This document shows, in pieces, positions 1 to 9,065 of a stretch of 64,000 bases of DNA. Where the stretch lies: the NCBI GenBank assembly GCA_024686085.1, contig JAIBDT010000004.1, forward strand, positions 2,213-66,212. Direction: 5' to 3'. The notes under the pieces are model-generated. The model was not told the origin of the DNA. It searched no databases and was given only the letters and a program-made list of their open reading frames with translations. This stretch comes from Loktanella sp. (lineage in GTDB: Bacteria; Pseudomonadota; Alphaproteobacteria; Rhodobacterales; Rhodobacteraceae). The stretch's first letter is position 1. Each line of letters begins with the position of its first letter. A program made the translations under genes and the position numbers.

Positions 1-148
1 AACCGATCAGGTGCTCACCGTTCTTGAGAATCAAATAGCCGTGGTCTGTATTTCCGCCGAAATCCTTGAACCCGAGTTTGCGGTAAAATTCGGCTGAGGC
101 GGTCAGGTCTTTGACCGGCAAACTGAGTGAAAATGCACCGAGTTCCAT
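1..148 (-). CDS. VOC (glyoxalase/bleomycin resistance) family protein, partial (runs off window start)
   Basis: Manual translation from ATG at 148: [27 protein letters not shown]..., the typical VOC N-terminal strand-helix motif; GGAGGA RBS upstream. Confidence 0.8.
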   Translation of the reverse strand, partial: MELGAFSLSLPVKDLTASAEFYRKLGFKDFGGNTDHGYLILKNGEHLIG

Positions 149-239
149 GGAAAATCCTCCTTATTATTATGCACATTCTAACACAAAACCTGACGTCCTG
201 CGCATTTTTGAGTCTTGGTGGATTGTTTCCTAATTGGCA

Positions 240-992
240 TCAATGCCCGCGGCGCTTGTCCAGTCGGTCCATCAGGTCGCGCATGTAGTCCGCATCGTCC
301 AGTCGTGCCGCGCGGTGGGCCGCGATGATGGGCGCTGCTTGTGGCGCGTCGTGTAGTGCCATGCTTTGCACTACGCCTGACTTGCCTGCGCGCCGTAGCA
401 GGGCTGTGGCGGGGTGTCCGCCAAACCCGAGCCGCGCGATTTCGATCCGTGGGAAGACTTCGGTGATCATCTCGGCGTTGATCCGGTCGAGCGGTCGGAA
501 CAGGTCGGCGACAATCACCCCTTGCAATCCGGGCTTGGCGTAGGTCACCAGATCGCCCAGCTTTGGGTCGTAGCCTGCCGCATCGCTGTGGAACCGCGGA
601 TCGAAAGGTACGACGTCCGGATGGATCGAGAATTGCGGTGAGATTGCGGTTACGAACTTCGCACGTGCGCTGCGCGCGAACCGAAATGCCCCGTAACCCC
701 CCATAGAAAACCCCAACATATGGACAGCGTCGTAATGGGGTCCCAAAACCTTGAGTGTTTTGTCGAGCGCCATTGTGTCGGGGTTGATGAACCAGTCGTT
801 GCGCCGTGTCGCGATGCAAAGCTGCGCAAACCCGCGTGTGGCGGCGGACTGACTAAGCCGCGCAGGGTTAAAGTCTGTCCGGCCTTTTTCCCGAAAGCTG
901 AAGGTGATCAAGAGCTTTTCCGCGTCCCCGTTCAGAAGCGTGGCGCGCAGGTGTTCGCCGCTGAAAACCAGATCTTCATTCTCGCGGTTCAT
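240..992 (-). CDS. alpha/beta-hydrolase fold hypothetical protein
   Basis: 250 aa ORF with nucleophile elbow GFSMGG and a late GGH motif; 4-bp overlap with the meaB stop. Confidence 0.65.
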   Translation of the reverse strand: MNRENEDLVFSGEHLRATLLNGDAEKLLITFSFREKGRTDFNPARLSQSAATRGFAQLCIATRRNDWFINPDTMALDKTLKVLGPHYDAVHMLGFSMGGYGAFRFARSARAKFVTAISPQFSIHPDVVPFDPRFHSDAAGYDPKLGDLVTYAKPGLQGVIVADLFRPLDRINAEMITEVFPRIEIARLGFGGHPATALLRRAGKSGVVQSMALHDAPQAAPIIAAHRAARLDDADYMRDLMDRLDKRRGH

Positions 993-1969
993 GTATTTGC
1001 AACCACTTCTGCGGCGGCGGCGGCGGGGGACATGCGCCCTGCTGCGACCTCTTTTTCCAAGGTTGTCATGCGGGTGCGTAACTGGGGGTCGGCGGCGATA
1101 CGCGCCAAGAGTTGCAGGCGCACTTCTTCGCCAAACCAGTAGCGTGCTTGGGCCGCGCGGGTGTCGTCCCAGACGCTATTTTCGCGCCGCCATGCCAGCA
1201 GGGTTTGAATCTCGGCCCATGCGCCCTCTAGTCCGATTGTTTCCAATGCTGAAACAGTCATCGCCTTGGGAAAGCCGTCGGGGTCTTGGGACCGTTTGCG
1301 CAACAGCCGCAAAGCGCCTGCGTAATCGGCGCAGGTTCGCATCGCTTGGGGTTTGAGGTCGCCGTCCGCTTTGTTCACGAGAATCATGTCGGCAATTTCC
1401 ATGATGCCCCGTTTGACGCCTTGCAATTCGTCGCCGCCCGCAGGCGCAAGCAGCAAGAGGAACAGATCGGCCATTTGTGCCACGACGGTTTCGGATTGCC
1501 CGACGCCCACGGTTTCGATCAGCACGATGTCAAAGCCTGCCGCCTCGCAGAGCGCCACCGCCTCGCGGGTCCGCCGTGCCACGCCGCCCAGTTGCGTCTG
1601 GCTGGGCGAGGGGCGGATAAAGGCCAGCGGCGCGCGTGCCAGCCGGTCCATGCGGGTTTTGTCGCCCAAGATCGACCCGCCAGAGCGTGCAGAGGAGGGA
1701 TCAACCGCCAGAACCGCGACGCGCAGCCCTTGACCTGTCAGCATCATGCCGAAGCTTTCGATAAATGTGGACTTCCCAACGCCGGGTGTGCCTGACAACC
1801 CGATGCGGATTGCTTGGCGTTTTGTCCCAAGTGTGTCGAGCAGCGCCATCGCTTGGGTGCGGTGATCGTCGCGACCGCTTTCGACCAAGGTAATTGCACG
1901 GGCCAAGGCGCGTCTGTCACCCGCCGCCACACCTGCGGCCAATACCGCGATATCTGTCTTCTTTGTCAT
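989..1969 (-). CDS. meaB: methylmalonyl-CoA mutase-associated GTPase MeaB
   Basis: GTPGVGKS P-loop, VLAVDPSS, GGSILGDKTRM, ETVGVGQSE, NKAD; start moved to MTKK at 1969. Confidence 0.95.
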   Translation of the reverse strand: MTKKTDIAVLAAGVAAGDRRALARAITLVESGRDDHRTQAMALLDTLGTKRQAIRIGLSGTPGVGKSTFIESFGMMLTGQGLRVAVLAVDPSSARSGGSILGDKTRMDRLARAPLAFIRPSPSQTQLGGVARRTREAVALCEAAGFDIVLIETVGVGQSETVVAQMADLFLLLLAPAGGDELQGVKRGIMEIADMILVNKADGDLKPQAMRTCADYAGALRLLRKRSQDPDGFPKAMTVSALETIGLEGAWAEIQTLLAWRRENSVWDDTRAAQARYWFGEEVRLQLLARIAADPQLRTRMTTLEKEVAAGRMSPAAAAAEVVANT

Positions 1970-2079
1970 ATCGCCATTTCTAGGGGTGCAAGGGACGGGG
2001 TGCAATCATGCAAGAGGGCCACTTGTGCGACAAAGGGCGGCAATGCTAAGATTTTTTAGGTAAATCTACGGAGGCCCCC

Positions 2080-2505
2080 ATGAAAACACCCATTCATCTT
2101 TGGATTGTCGGTTTGGTTTCATTGCTGTGGAATGCGGGCGGTGCCTATGATTACGTCATGTCGCAGATGAAGAACCAAGCCTATCTGGGGATGCTCACGG
2201 ACGCCCAGCGTGGTTTTTTGGAAAACGCGCCTGCGTGGTTTGATGCCGCTTGGGCGGTTGGAGTCTGGTTTTCTATTCTCGGATCGTTGTTGTTGCTGGC
2301 GCGATCACGGCTGGCGCGGCCTGCTTTCGGGTTCTCGCTGCTTGGGCTGATCGTCTCGTCGGTCTATAGTTTCGGATTGGCAAAACCGACAACCTTAGAG
2401 ATCACAGGCAGTTTTGCGTTGTGGTTCTCGACCGCGATTGCGGTCGTGTTGGTGTTATTGTGGAGATACGCCCGCGCGATGACGCGCCGCGGCGTGCTGC
2501 GCTAG
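2080..2505 (+). CDS. four-helix membrane hypothetical protein
   Basis: 141 aa with 4 hydrophobic segments; GGAGG RBS. Confidence 0.75.
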   Translation: MKTPIHLWIVGLVSLLWNAGGAYDYVMSQMKNQAYLGMLTDAQRGFLENAPAWFDAAWAVGVWFSILGSLLLLARSRLARPAFGFSLLGLIVSSVYSFGLAKPTTLEITGSFALWFSTAIAVVLVLLWRYARAMTRRGVLR

Positions 2506-2807
2506 CCGCACATTCGCTTGGCCGTGGCGCTGAACTGCTTGTAGCGTTTCCAGAACCGTTCATCGCTGGAATTGTCGGACTGACGGGTTTCTTGGGCCTG
2601 ATGCGGGTCCTCAAAGAATTTCGCTGCACGGCGCTGGTCACCGCTGTTCAGGGTCTGGTTCGCGGCTTGTTGCACACACGAACACAAGCGCGGTGATGCA
2701 GCTTTGCGGTCTGCGGCCATGCAGGCCTTGCCCACATCGCCTGATACCCGATTGCCCCCGCAAGCCGCCAAAAGAACCAAGGTCGAAATGATGAAAACTT
2801 TGCGCAT
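2502..2807 (-). CDS. small Cys-containing lipoprotein (conserved hypothetical)
   Basis: Lipobox LAAC, additional Cys residues (C..LCSC..C). Confidence 0.75.
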   Translation of the reverse strand: MRKVFIISTLVLLAACGGNRVSGDVGKACMAADRKAASPRLCSCVQQAANQTLNSGDQRRAAKFFEDPHQAQETRQSDNSSDERFWKRYKQFSATAKRMCG

Positions 2808-2948
2808 GCCTGCCACTATCCTTTAAACCGCCGCCCCGCTTTGCGCGGATGTCTGGCGTGAACTGCTTTGGAAAAGAATAGCAGGGGGCGCGCAGGGGCG
2901 CAAATCAAATGGGCGTGGGGTGGCGGGCAGTCGCGACTGCCCGATCCA

Positions 2949-3518
2949 TTAGTTGAGATTGTAGCAATTTGTGGGTGCAAGGGCGAGCCCCGCACAAAGC
3001 GAGCGCCAAGGTTCCGAGTTAATATTGTAGCAGTTTGTGCGATAGTCGGAATCGGATGCGGCAAGGCATGTATCTTTGATCTGGCTTGAGCCGATGCTGT
3101 AGCACATGGTGCGATAGTCGCGGTAGGCGTTGGCCAAGCACAGGTTTTTGATATCCTCGTTGCGGATGTTGTAGCACATGGTCTCATATCCTTGCCCCGA
3201 ATTTGCGAGGCAGAGGTTTTTCATGTCGGGGTCATCCACATTGTAGCAGTTGGTGGGGTATTCGGTCATGCCAAGGCAGGCGTTATAGTAATCGGGAAAG
3301 GTTTGACGCGCGGCGCGTGCGGCTTCGCGGGCACGCGCACGTGCGATCTCGTCCTTGCGTTCTTGCTCTAGCCATTTCTGGTTGTCGCGCACGAAATCCT
3401 GAAACGAACTTTCTCCGCTTTCCAGCAGATTGCCAAAGCTGCTTTGTGCCATGCTGGCGGTTGGCGCGAGCAACATGATGCTGCTCGCGAAGATTGCATT
3501 GATAATCGCACGCGCCAT
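2949..3518 (-). CDS. secreted protein with 24-aa Cys-pair tandem repeats
   Basis: Signal peptide ending SMA-Q; repeats T[NM]CY[NS]..x..K..CLA; 10 Cys. Confidence 0.75.
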   Translation of the reverse strand: MARAIINAIFASSIMLLAPTASMAQSSFGNLLESGESSFQDFVRDNQKWLEQERKDEIARARAREAARAARQTFPDYYNACLGMTEYPTNCYNVDDPDMKNLCLANSGQGYETMCYNIRNEDIKNLCLANAYRDYRTMCYSIGSSQIKDTCLAASDSDYRTNCYNINSEPWRSLCAGLALAPTNCYNLN

Positions 3519-4315
3519 TATGGTGCTCCAGGCGCGCTTTGCACGGGGCCGTTGCCTTCGCCTTTAAAGAAGTCGCGATGGGCTTGATACGTGCAATCGG
3601 TTGAAATTGCGCGGCTGACGACATGGGCGGGGCCAAAGTTAATGGGGTTTTTATAGCGCGCGCCATAATTCAGGATCATGAAAGGCTCCAGTCGCACAGC
3701 GGAGACCGTTGTGACGGGGCGTGCGCCAGTGACTTTCCAATCGTTGCTGCTGCTGACCGAGAAGATACCTGCGCTGATATTCGATCGGTTTTTCGATCTG
3801 ATTTCAACGCGTTGCTCTGCGGCCATCGCGATGGAATAGTTGTTGCCTGGATAGAGGACAAATCGATAGCCGTCGCAGGTCGATTTCTCGAACCGCACGC
3901 CTTTGGTGTACTCACGCGATTTTGCACCCGGTTCATTATCGACGGTTGCGAGTTTGAGTTGCGTGGTTGCGTAGACAAAAACGGTGGTTTCGTTTGCGCG
4001 GATGTAGTCGGCGGCCGGTGAATTGCCGAGCGAGGCGCGAAACCGCATCGGAATTTCGGCGTATTGCGACGCTGAGGTCATGTTCATGAACTGTGAGGTA
4101 AAGCCGCTATCGGTCAGGTTGCCTGGTTCACCTGTTTCAAAGCTGACGTTAATGCCACTGGTCGATAGAGCGCGTACAGCGGCGGCGGGACTATTGATTT
4201 TGGCGGCACTATTTGCGGATTTAGAGCCAGAGGTCGATGTCGCGTTTGGTGCGCCGCAGCCTGCGAGTGCGATGCAAGATGCAAATACTGCAAGAAATTT
4301 GGTGCCATTCTTCAT
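3518..4315 (-). CDS. hypothetical lipoprotein
   Basis: Lipobox LAGC at Cys20; its TAA overlaps the ATG of the Cys-repeat gene (TAATG). Confidence 0.7.
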   Translation of the reverse strand: MKNGTKFLAVFASCIALAGCGAPNATSTSGSKSANSAAKINSPAAAVRALSTSGINVSFETGEPGNLTDSGFTSQFMNMTSASQYAEIPMRFRASLGNSPAADYIRANETTVFVYATTQLKLATVDNEPGAKSREYTKGVRFEKSTCDGYRFVLYPGNNYSIAMAAEQRVEIRSKNRSNISAGIFSVSSSNDWKVTGARPVTTVSAVRLEPFMILNYGARYKNPINFGPAHVVSRAISTDCTYQAHRDFFKGEGNGPVQSAPGAP

Positions 4316-4530
4316 AATTTTGCCTTTAAAGTGTTCGTTTTCAGCAAGCTACGATGAAAGGCAAACATGACCTGACATAAAATTTTGACCACAAGTCGTC
4401 ACTTGAATGCTGTTGATTCGGCATAATATGCTTGCGTTGCCATATTGGCGTTGTGGGGCGGTATTCCCTTGCAAAATCCCGTTCTTCACGCCATTGACAC
4501 TCAACCCGAATTCCATAGGCGGCTTTCCCG

Positions 4531-6330
4531 ATGACTGACCTCGCACATATCCGCAATTTCTCGATTGTGGCTCATATTGACCACGGTAAGTCGACGCTTG
4601 CTGACCGTTTGATCCAAGAGACAAACACGGTCGCCTTGCGCGATATGAAGGCCCAGATGCTGGACAGCATGGATATCGAGCGCGAGCGCGGGATCACCAT
4701 CAAGGCCAACACGGTCCGGATTGAGTACAAGGCGCAGAATGGCGAGACCTATATTCTGAACCTGATCGACACCCCCGGTCACGTTGACTTTGCCTATGAA
4801 GTCTCCCGCTCCATGCGTGCGGTCGAAGGCTCTTTGCTTGTGGTGGACAGCACCCAAGGCGTCGAGGCCCAGACGCTGGCCAATGTGTATCACGCGCTGG
4901 ATGCGGACCACGAGATTGTTCCAGTTCTCAACAAGATCGACCTGCCTGCCACGGATTGTGATGCCGTTGCCAAGCAGATTGAGGACGTGATCGGATTGGA
5001 TGCGTCCGAGGCTATTCGTGTGTCCGCCAAGACGGGTGTTGGTATTATCGAGACCCTCGAGGCTGTTGTGCACAAATTGCCTGCCCCGAAGGGTGACCCT
5101 GACGCGCCGCTGAAAGCGATGCTGGTCGATTCATGGTATGACAGTTATTTGGGCGTTATCGTTCTGGTCCGTATCATCGATGGCCATATGAAAAAGAATG
5201 ACCGCGTTAAGTTCATGTCTAACGGCACGGTGCACCAGATCGACAAAATCGGTGTGTTTACGCCCAAGATGAAGGACGTCGAGACCTTGGGGCCGGGTGA
5301 GATCGGGTTTATTACGGCCTCTATCAAGCAGGTCCGCGACACCCGTGTCGGTGATACGATCACAACCGAGAAAAAGGGCTGCGAGACGGCGCTGCCTGGC
5401 TTTAAGCCCGCGCAGCCTGTTGTATTCTGTGGTCTGTTTCCTGTCGATAGCAGCCAGTTCGAAGACCTGCGCGATGCGATTGACAAGCTGGCGTTGAATG
5501 ACGCGTCATTCAGCCACGAGATGGAAACATCTGCGGCCCTTGGCTTTGGTTTCCGTTGTGGTTTCCTTGGGTTGCTGCACCTAGAGGTGATCCGCGACCG
5601 GATCGAGCGCGAGTATGATATCGAGCTGATTACGACTGCCCCGTCGGTTGTGTACCATATCCATATGCGTGATGGCACGATGCAGGAATTGCATAACCCT
5701 GCCGATATGCCTGACCTGACCCATGTCGACCACTTGGAAGAGCCGCGCATTAAGGCCACGATTTTGGTCCCTGATGAATACTTGGGCGATGTGCTGAAGC
5801 TGTGCCAAGACCGTCGCGGTGTGCAGATGGACCTGACCTATGCGGGGTCCCGTGCGATGGTGGTCTATGACCTACCGTTAAACGAAGTTGTGTTCGATTT
5901 CTATGATCGTCTGAAGTCTGTGACCAAGGGCTATGCCTCTTTTGACTATGTGCTGACGGGCTATCAAGAGGACCAGTTGGTCAAGATGTCTGTGTTGGTC
6001 AACGACGACCCTGTGGATGCCCTGTCGATGATGGTCCACCGTGACCGCGCCGAACAGCGGGGCCGCGCGATGGTCGAAAAGCTGAAAGAACTTATCCCGC
6101 GCCACATGTTCAAAATCCCGATCCAAGCGGCGATTGGTGGCAAAGTCATCGCCCGCGAAACGCTGTCCGCGATGCGCAAAGACGTGACGGCGAAGTGCTA
6201 TGGCGGGGATGCGACGCGAAAGCGCAAGCTGCTGGACAAGCAGAAGGCGGGTAAGAAGAAGATGCGTCAGTTCGGGTCCGTGAATATTCCTCAGGAAGCT
6301 TTCATATCTGCGTTGAAGATGGATAGTTAG
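4531..6330 (+). CDS. lepA: elongation factor 4 (LepA)
   Basis: [38 protein letters not shown]-terminal [14 protein letters not shown]. Confidence 0.99.
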   Translation: MTDLAHIRNFSIVAHIDHGKSTLADRLIQETNTVALRDMKAQMLDSMDIERERGITIKANTVRIEYKAQNGETYILNLIDTPGHVDFAYEVSRSMRAVEGSLLVVDSTQGVEAQTLANVYHALDADHEIVPVLNKIDLPATDCDAVAKQIEDVIGLDASEAIRVSAKTGVGIIETLEAVVHKLPAPKGDPDAPLKAMLVDSWYDSYLGVIVLVRIIDGHMKKNDRVKFMSNGTVHQIDKIGVFTPKMKDVETLGPGEIGFITASIKQVRDTRVGDTITTEKKGCETALPGFKPAQPVVFCGLFPVDSSQFEDLRDAIDKLALNDASFSHEMETSAALGFGFRCGFLGLLHLEVIRDRIEREYDIELITTAPSVVYHIHMRDGTMQELHNPADMPDLTHVDHLEEPRIKATILVPDEYLGDVLKLCQDRRGVQMDLTYAGSRAMVVYDLPLNEVVFDFYDRLKSVTKGYASFDYVLTGYQEDQLVKMSVLVNDDPVDALSMMVHRDRAEQRGRAMVEKLKELIPRHMFKIPIQAAIGGKVIARETLSAMRKDVTAKCYGGDATRKRKLLDKQKAGKKKMRQFGSVNIPQEAFISALKMDS

Positions 6331-6333
6331 GAG

Positions 6334-7191
6334 TTGGCGGGAAGAGGTGTTCCAAAATTCCTTTTTAGATATCGCCGAGAAGACTCGTCTTATTTTTGGG
6401 AAGAGCTAGAAAGAGCAATAGGAAGTCGCGAGTTCTATTTTGCGAGCGCGGAACTTCTTAATGATCCATTTGAGATACGGCCAACTATTACGAAACCTAG
6501 TCCAGTTGAGTTTTTGAAGGTTTTGGAAGCCAAGTACGGGAAGAATCCCGTTATTTCGCGTGTAACCTTAGAAAAGTACTATGGGGAAAAGCTTACTCGG
6601 CAAAAGCATCGTCGGGAACTTAAGGGCTTTGCTCCATCTCTTAAGATTGCCAATTGGATGATCAACCAGACAGAACAGACCTTTTCAAAAATGAATAGTC
6701 GTACTCGGGTTGTTTGTTTTAACGAGACTCCGATGTCGCTTCCGATGTGGGCACACTACGCAAATAACCACCGGGGCATTTGCTTGAGCTTTGAGCAAGT
6801 CTTGCAGGAACATATTGAACCGGACTTTGTACCCATGAAAGTCTCATACTCAAGTGAGCGGCCCATTTTAGACATTGGAGAATTTGAAAGTGCTAGCATA
6901 GGTGGCGAAGGTTTTTCGCCTGAAAGCGCGTTGAAATTTGCCAGCTCGATGTACCTAACGAAAGCCGCCGACTGGAGCTACGAAAAGGAATGGCGCGCTT
7001 TCGACAATGACGGGCTAGCGCCTGACTATGAACGAATGTCAGTTCTGAAACCTCATTCGATTATTCTAGGTATGAATGCCTCGAAGGATTTGAAAGACAA
7101 AATAATTGAGATGTACGGTAAACGAATGCGCTTATTGGAAGCGCAATCTGTTGGCGACAAATACGAGTTAGCATTTAAGAATTTGAATTAG
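6334..7191 (+). CDS. DUF2971 domain protein
   Basis: LNDPFE, MWAHYANNHRGICL, LTKAADWSYEKEWR motifs; visibly AT-richer than lepA; start codon uncertain (TTG). Confidence 0.8.
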   Translation: MAGRGVPKFLFRYRREDSSYFWEELERAIGSREFYFASAELLNDPFEIRPTITKPSPVEFLKVLEAKYGKNPVISRVTLEKYYGEKLTRQKHRRELKGFAPSLKIANWMINQTEQTFSKMNSRTRVVCFNETPMSLPMWAHYANNHRGICLSFEQVLQEHIEPDFVPMKVSYSSERPILDIGEFESASIGGEGFSPESALKFASSMYLTKAADWSYEKEWRAFDNDGLAPDYERMSVLKPHSIILGMNASKDLKDKIIEMYGKRMRLLEAQSVGDKYELAFKNLN

Positions 7192-7228
7192 TCTATGCCA
7201 AATTTCCAATTTGGCAGCGCCCGAGCCA

Positions 7229-7612
7229 GCGCTTCGCGCGTTCGACCCTGAAACTGTTCTCGACAGTTTCCGAGACGGGTCTCACCCACCCCCACGGGGC
7301 GGGCGCTTTCAGCACCAGCCCCTCGGTTCGGGCGCGGCTGGTAATTAAGCGGGTCGTTTGCATCTATCGCTTCCCCTGCGCTGCGCGCGTTCGGCCCTGA
7401 AACTGTCCTCGACAGTTTCCGAGGCGGGCCTCACCCCCTCGGTTCGGGCGCGGCTGGTAATGACGGGGATCGTTTGCATCCGCACTGGGCTCCGCCCGTT
7501 CGAACCTGAATTGATCCACTGGATCAATTCCTAGACGGTTCTCACCCCCCTGCGCTGCGCGCGTTCGGTCCTAGAAACTGTCCTCGACAGTTTCTTTCAC
7601 GGACCTCACCCC
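7229..7612. repeat. cluster of four ~60-bp structured palindromic repeats (REP/REPIN-like) plus a 27-bp direct repeat
   Basis: Units at 7229-7287, 7378-7438, 7489-7548, 7552-7612: GCGCT(G/T)CGCGCGTTC-5bp stem-inner hairpin-5bp stem-TCACCC; CCCCTCGGTTCGGGCGCGGCTGGTAAT at 7319-7345 and 7435-7461. Confidence 0.9.
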
Positions 7613-7683
7613 CGTTTTGACCCACATCAAAGACCGCGTGACCTCTATCGCTAGAGTGGCTTCAAATCTTATAGGAGACACCC

Positions 7684-7872
7684 ATGTTTCAGTTCACAAT
7701 GATGCTTTATTCGATCATCGGCACCAGTGTCGCAGGCATGTTTATCGTGGCCGCTTTGGTGTCGGGCAATGATACGTTGATACCGATTTTGGTTGCGGCG
7801 GGGCTGGGTGCGGTTGTGGCTTTGCCTGCGTCGTATTTGGTTGCCCGCGCGATTATGGCGAACAAGAAGTAG
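7684..7872 (+). CDS. small two-TM membrane protein (conserved hypothetical)
   Basis: 62 aa hydrophobic hairpin; AGGAG RBS. Confidence 0.75.
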   Translation: MFQFTMMLYSIIGTSVAGMFIVAALVSGNDTLIPILVAAGLGAVVALPASYLVARAIMANKK

Positions 7873-7874
7873 CG

Positions 7875-8615
7875 TTACATCGCCAGAAATGCCCGCACGG
7901 CGGCCTCGAATTCGCGCGGTTTTTCGGCGTGCAGCCAGTGGCCTGCGTCCGGAATTTTGGCGAAATGCGCGTTTGGGAATAGCTGTTTGATCCGCGGGCG
8001 GTCGTCGCGTTTCACGTAGTCTGATTTCGCCCCTGACAGGAATAGCGTTTGCCCGTCAAAGCGGCCTGACACCTCGGGGAAGCCCACGATTTTGCCCATT
8101 TCCGCGTCGAGCACGTCGAGGTTCAGTTTCCATTTCCGCTCTTTCAGGTCGAGCGATTGCAGCAGGAATGTATCAACGCCGGGTTCTAGTCCTGTCAGTT
8201 GGGCTTGGGCGTCGGCGCGCGAGTTGATCGCGGTCAGATCGACCCCCCGCATAGCCGTGATCGGTCCCATTTGTGTGTGGGTGTAGGGCACGGGTGCGAT
8301 GTCGGCGACGATCAGTTTGCGCAGCTTTTCGGGGTGGTTAAGTGCCAGCACCATCGCCGCTTTGCCGCCCATCGAGTGGCCGAGCACGTCTGTTGGTTCG
8401 CCTATGACCTGCGCCAGATCGCCCGCCATGTCGCTGTAGCTTTGGCTATCAAACCAAGGGCTAGCCCCGTGGTTGCGCATGTCCACACAGATCACTGGCC
8501 GCGTCTCGGACAGCCGCTTGGCAATCACGTTCCAGTTGCGCGCCGAGCCGAAAAGCCCATGCGCGATGAGAAGGGGGGTGCCTGCGGGGCCGTCGTAGTG
8601 AACCGTGTTTAACAT
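7875..8615 (-). CDS. alpha/beta hydrolase, YbfF-like esterase
   Basis: HGLFGS, DMRNHG, GHSMGGK, AGHWLHAE. Confidence 0.9.
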   Translation of the reverse strand: MLNTVHYDGPAGTPLLIAHGLFGSARNWNVIAKRLSETRPVICVDMRNHGASPWFDSQSYSDMAGDLAQVIGEPTDVLGHSMGGKAAMVLALNHPEKLRKLIVADIAPVPYTHTQMGPITAMRGVDLTAINSRADAQAQLTGLEPGVDTFLLQSLDLKERKWKLNLDVLDAEMGKIVGFPEVSGRFDGQTLFLSGAKSDYVKRDDRPRIKQLFPNAHFAKIPDAGHWLHAEKPREFEAAVRAFLAM

Positions 8616-8693
8616 GCATCTAACCTAACGCTTTCCAACATGTGATTGCCAGAGGGATTGAGCAGAACTGGTCGCTGTGTTTAACGTCGCCAC

Positions 8694-9065
8694 ATGTCTG
8701 GGGATATATTGCAGAGCCAAGTGGACGAGATCCGCAAGCTGATGGAAACGCGTCTGCGTATCCGTGGCAAAACGCTTGCGCAACAGGTCCGCAAGGCCGG
8801 TCGTTTGTTGCCGCGCAATATGCGCCGCGATGCGACGTATTTGGCCCAAGCCGAGACGGTGATGGCGCACCCCAAGCTAAGCCGTATGGTGGACGGGGTG
8901 AAAGCCCGCCAATCCCATGCGCGTTTGTCTGAGTTTCTGGCCAAGATTGATCCTAAGGATCGCGCCAAGGGCAAGCTGTTGGGCTGGCTTGGCTCGATTT
9001 CCTTGATTGCGATTGTTGTCTTTATTGGCGTGGTGACCGTGTTGGTCCAGCGCGGGATCGTTTAA
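8694..9065 (+). CDS. hypothetical protein with C-terminal TM anchor
   Basis: 123 aa ORF with host-like codon use. Confidence 0.65.
   Translation: MSGDILQSQVDEIRKLMETRLRIRGKTLAQQVRKAGRLLPRNMRRDATYLAQAETVMAHPKLSRMVDGVKARQSHARLSEFLAKIDPKDRAKGKLLGWLGSISLIAIVVFIGVVTVLVQRGIV

Noticed and set aside
7229-7612. Possible CRISPR array
   Set aside because: Units are ~60 bp and variable, spacing is irregular (about 90, 50 and 3 bp), the intervening sequences are homologous to each other, and there are no cas genes.
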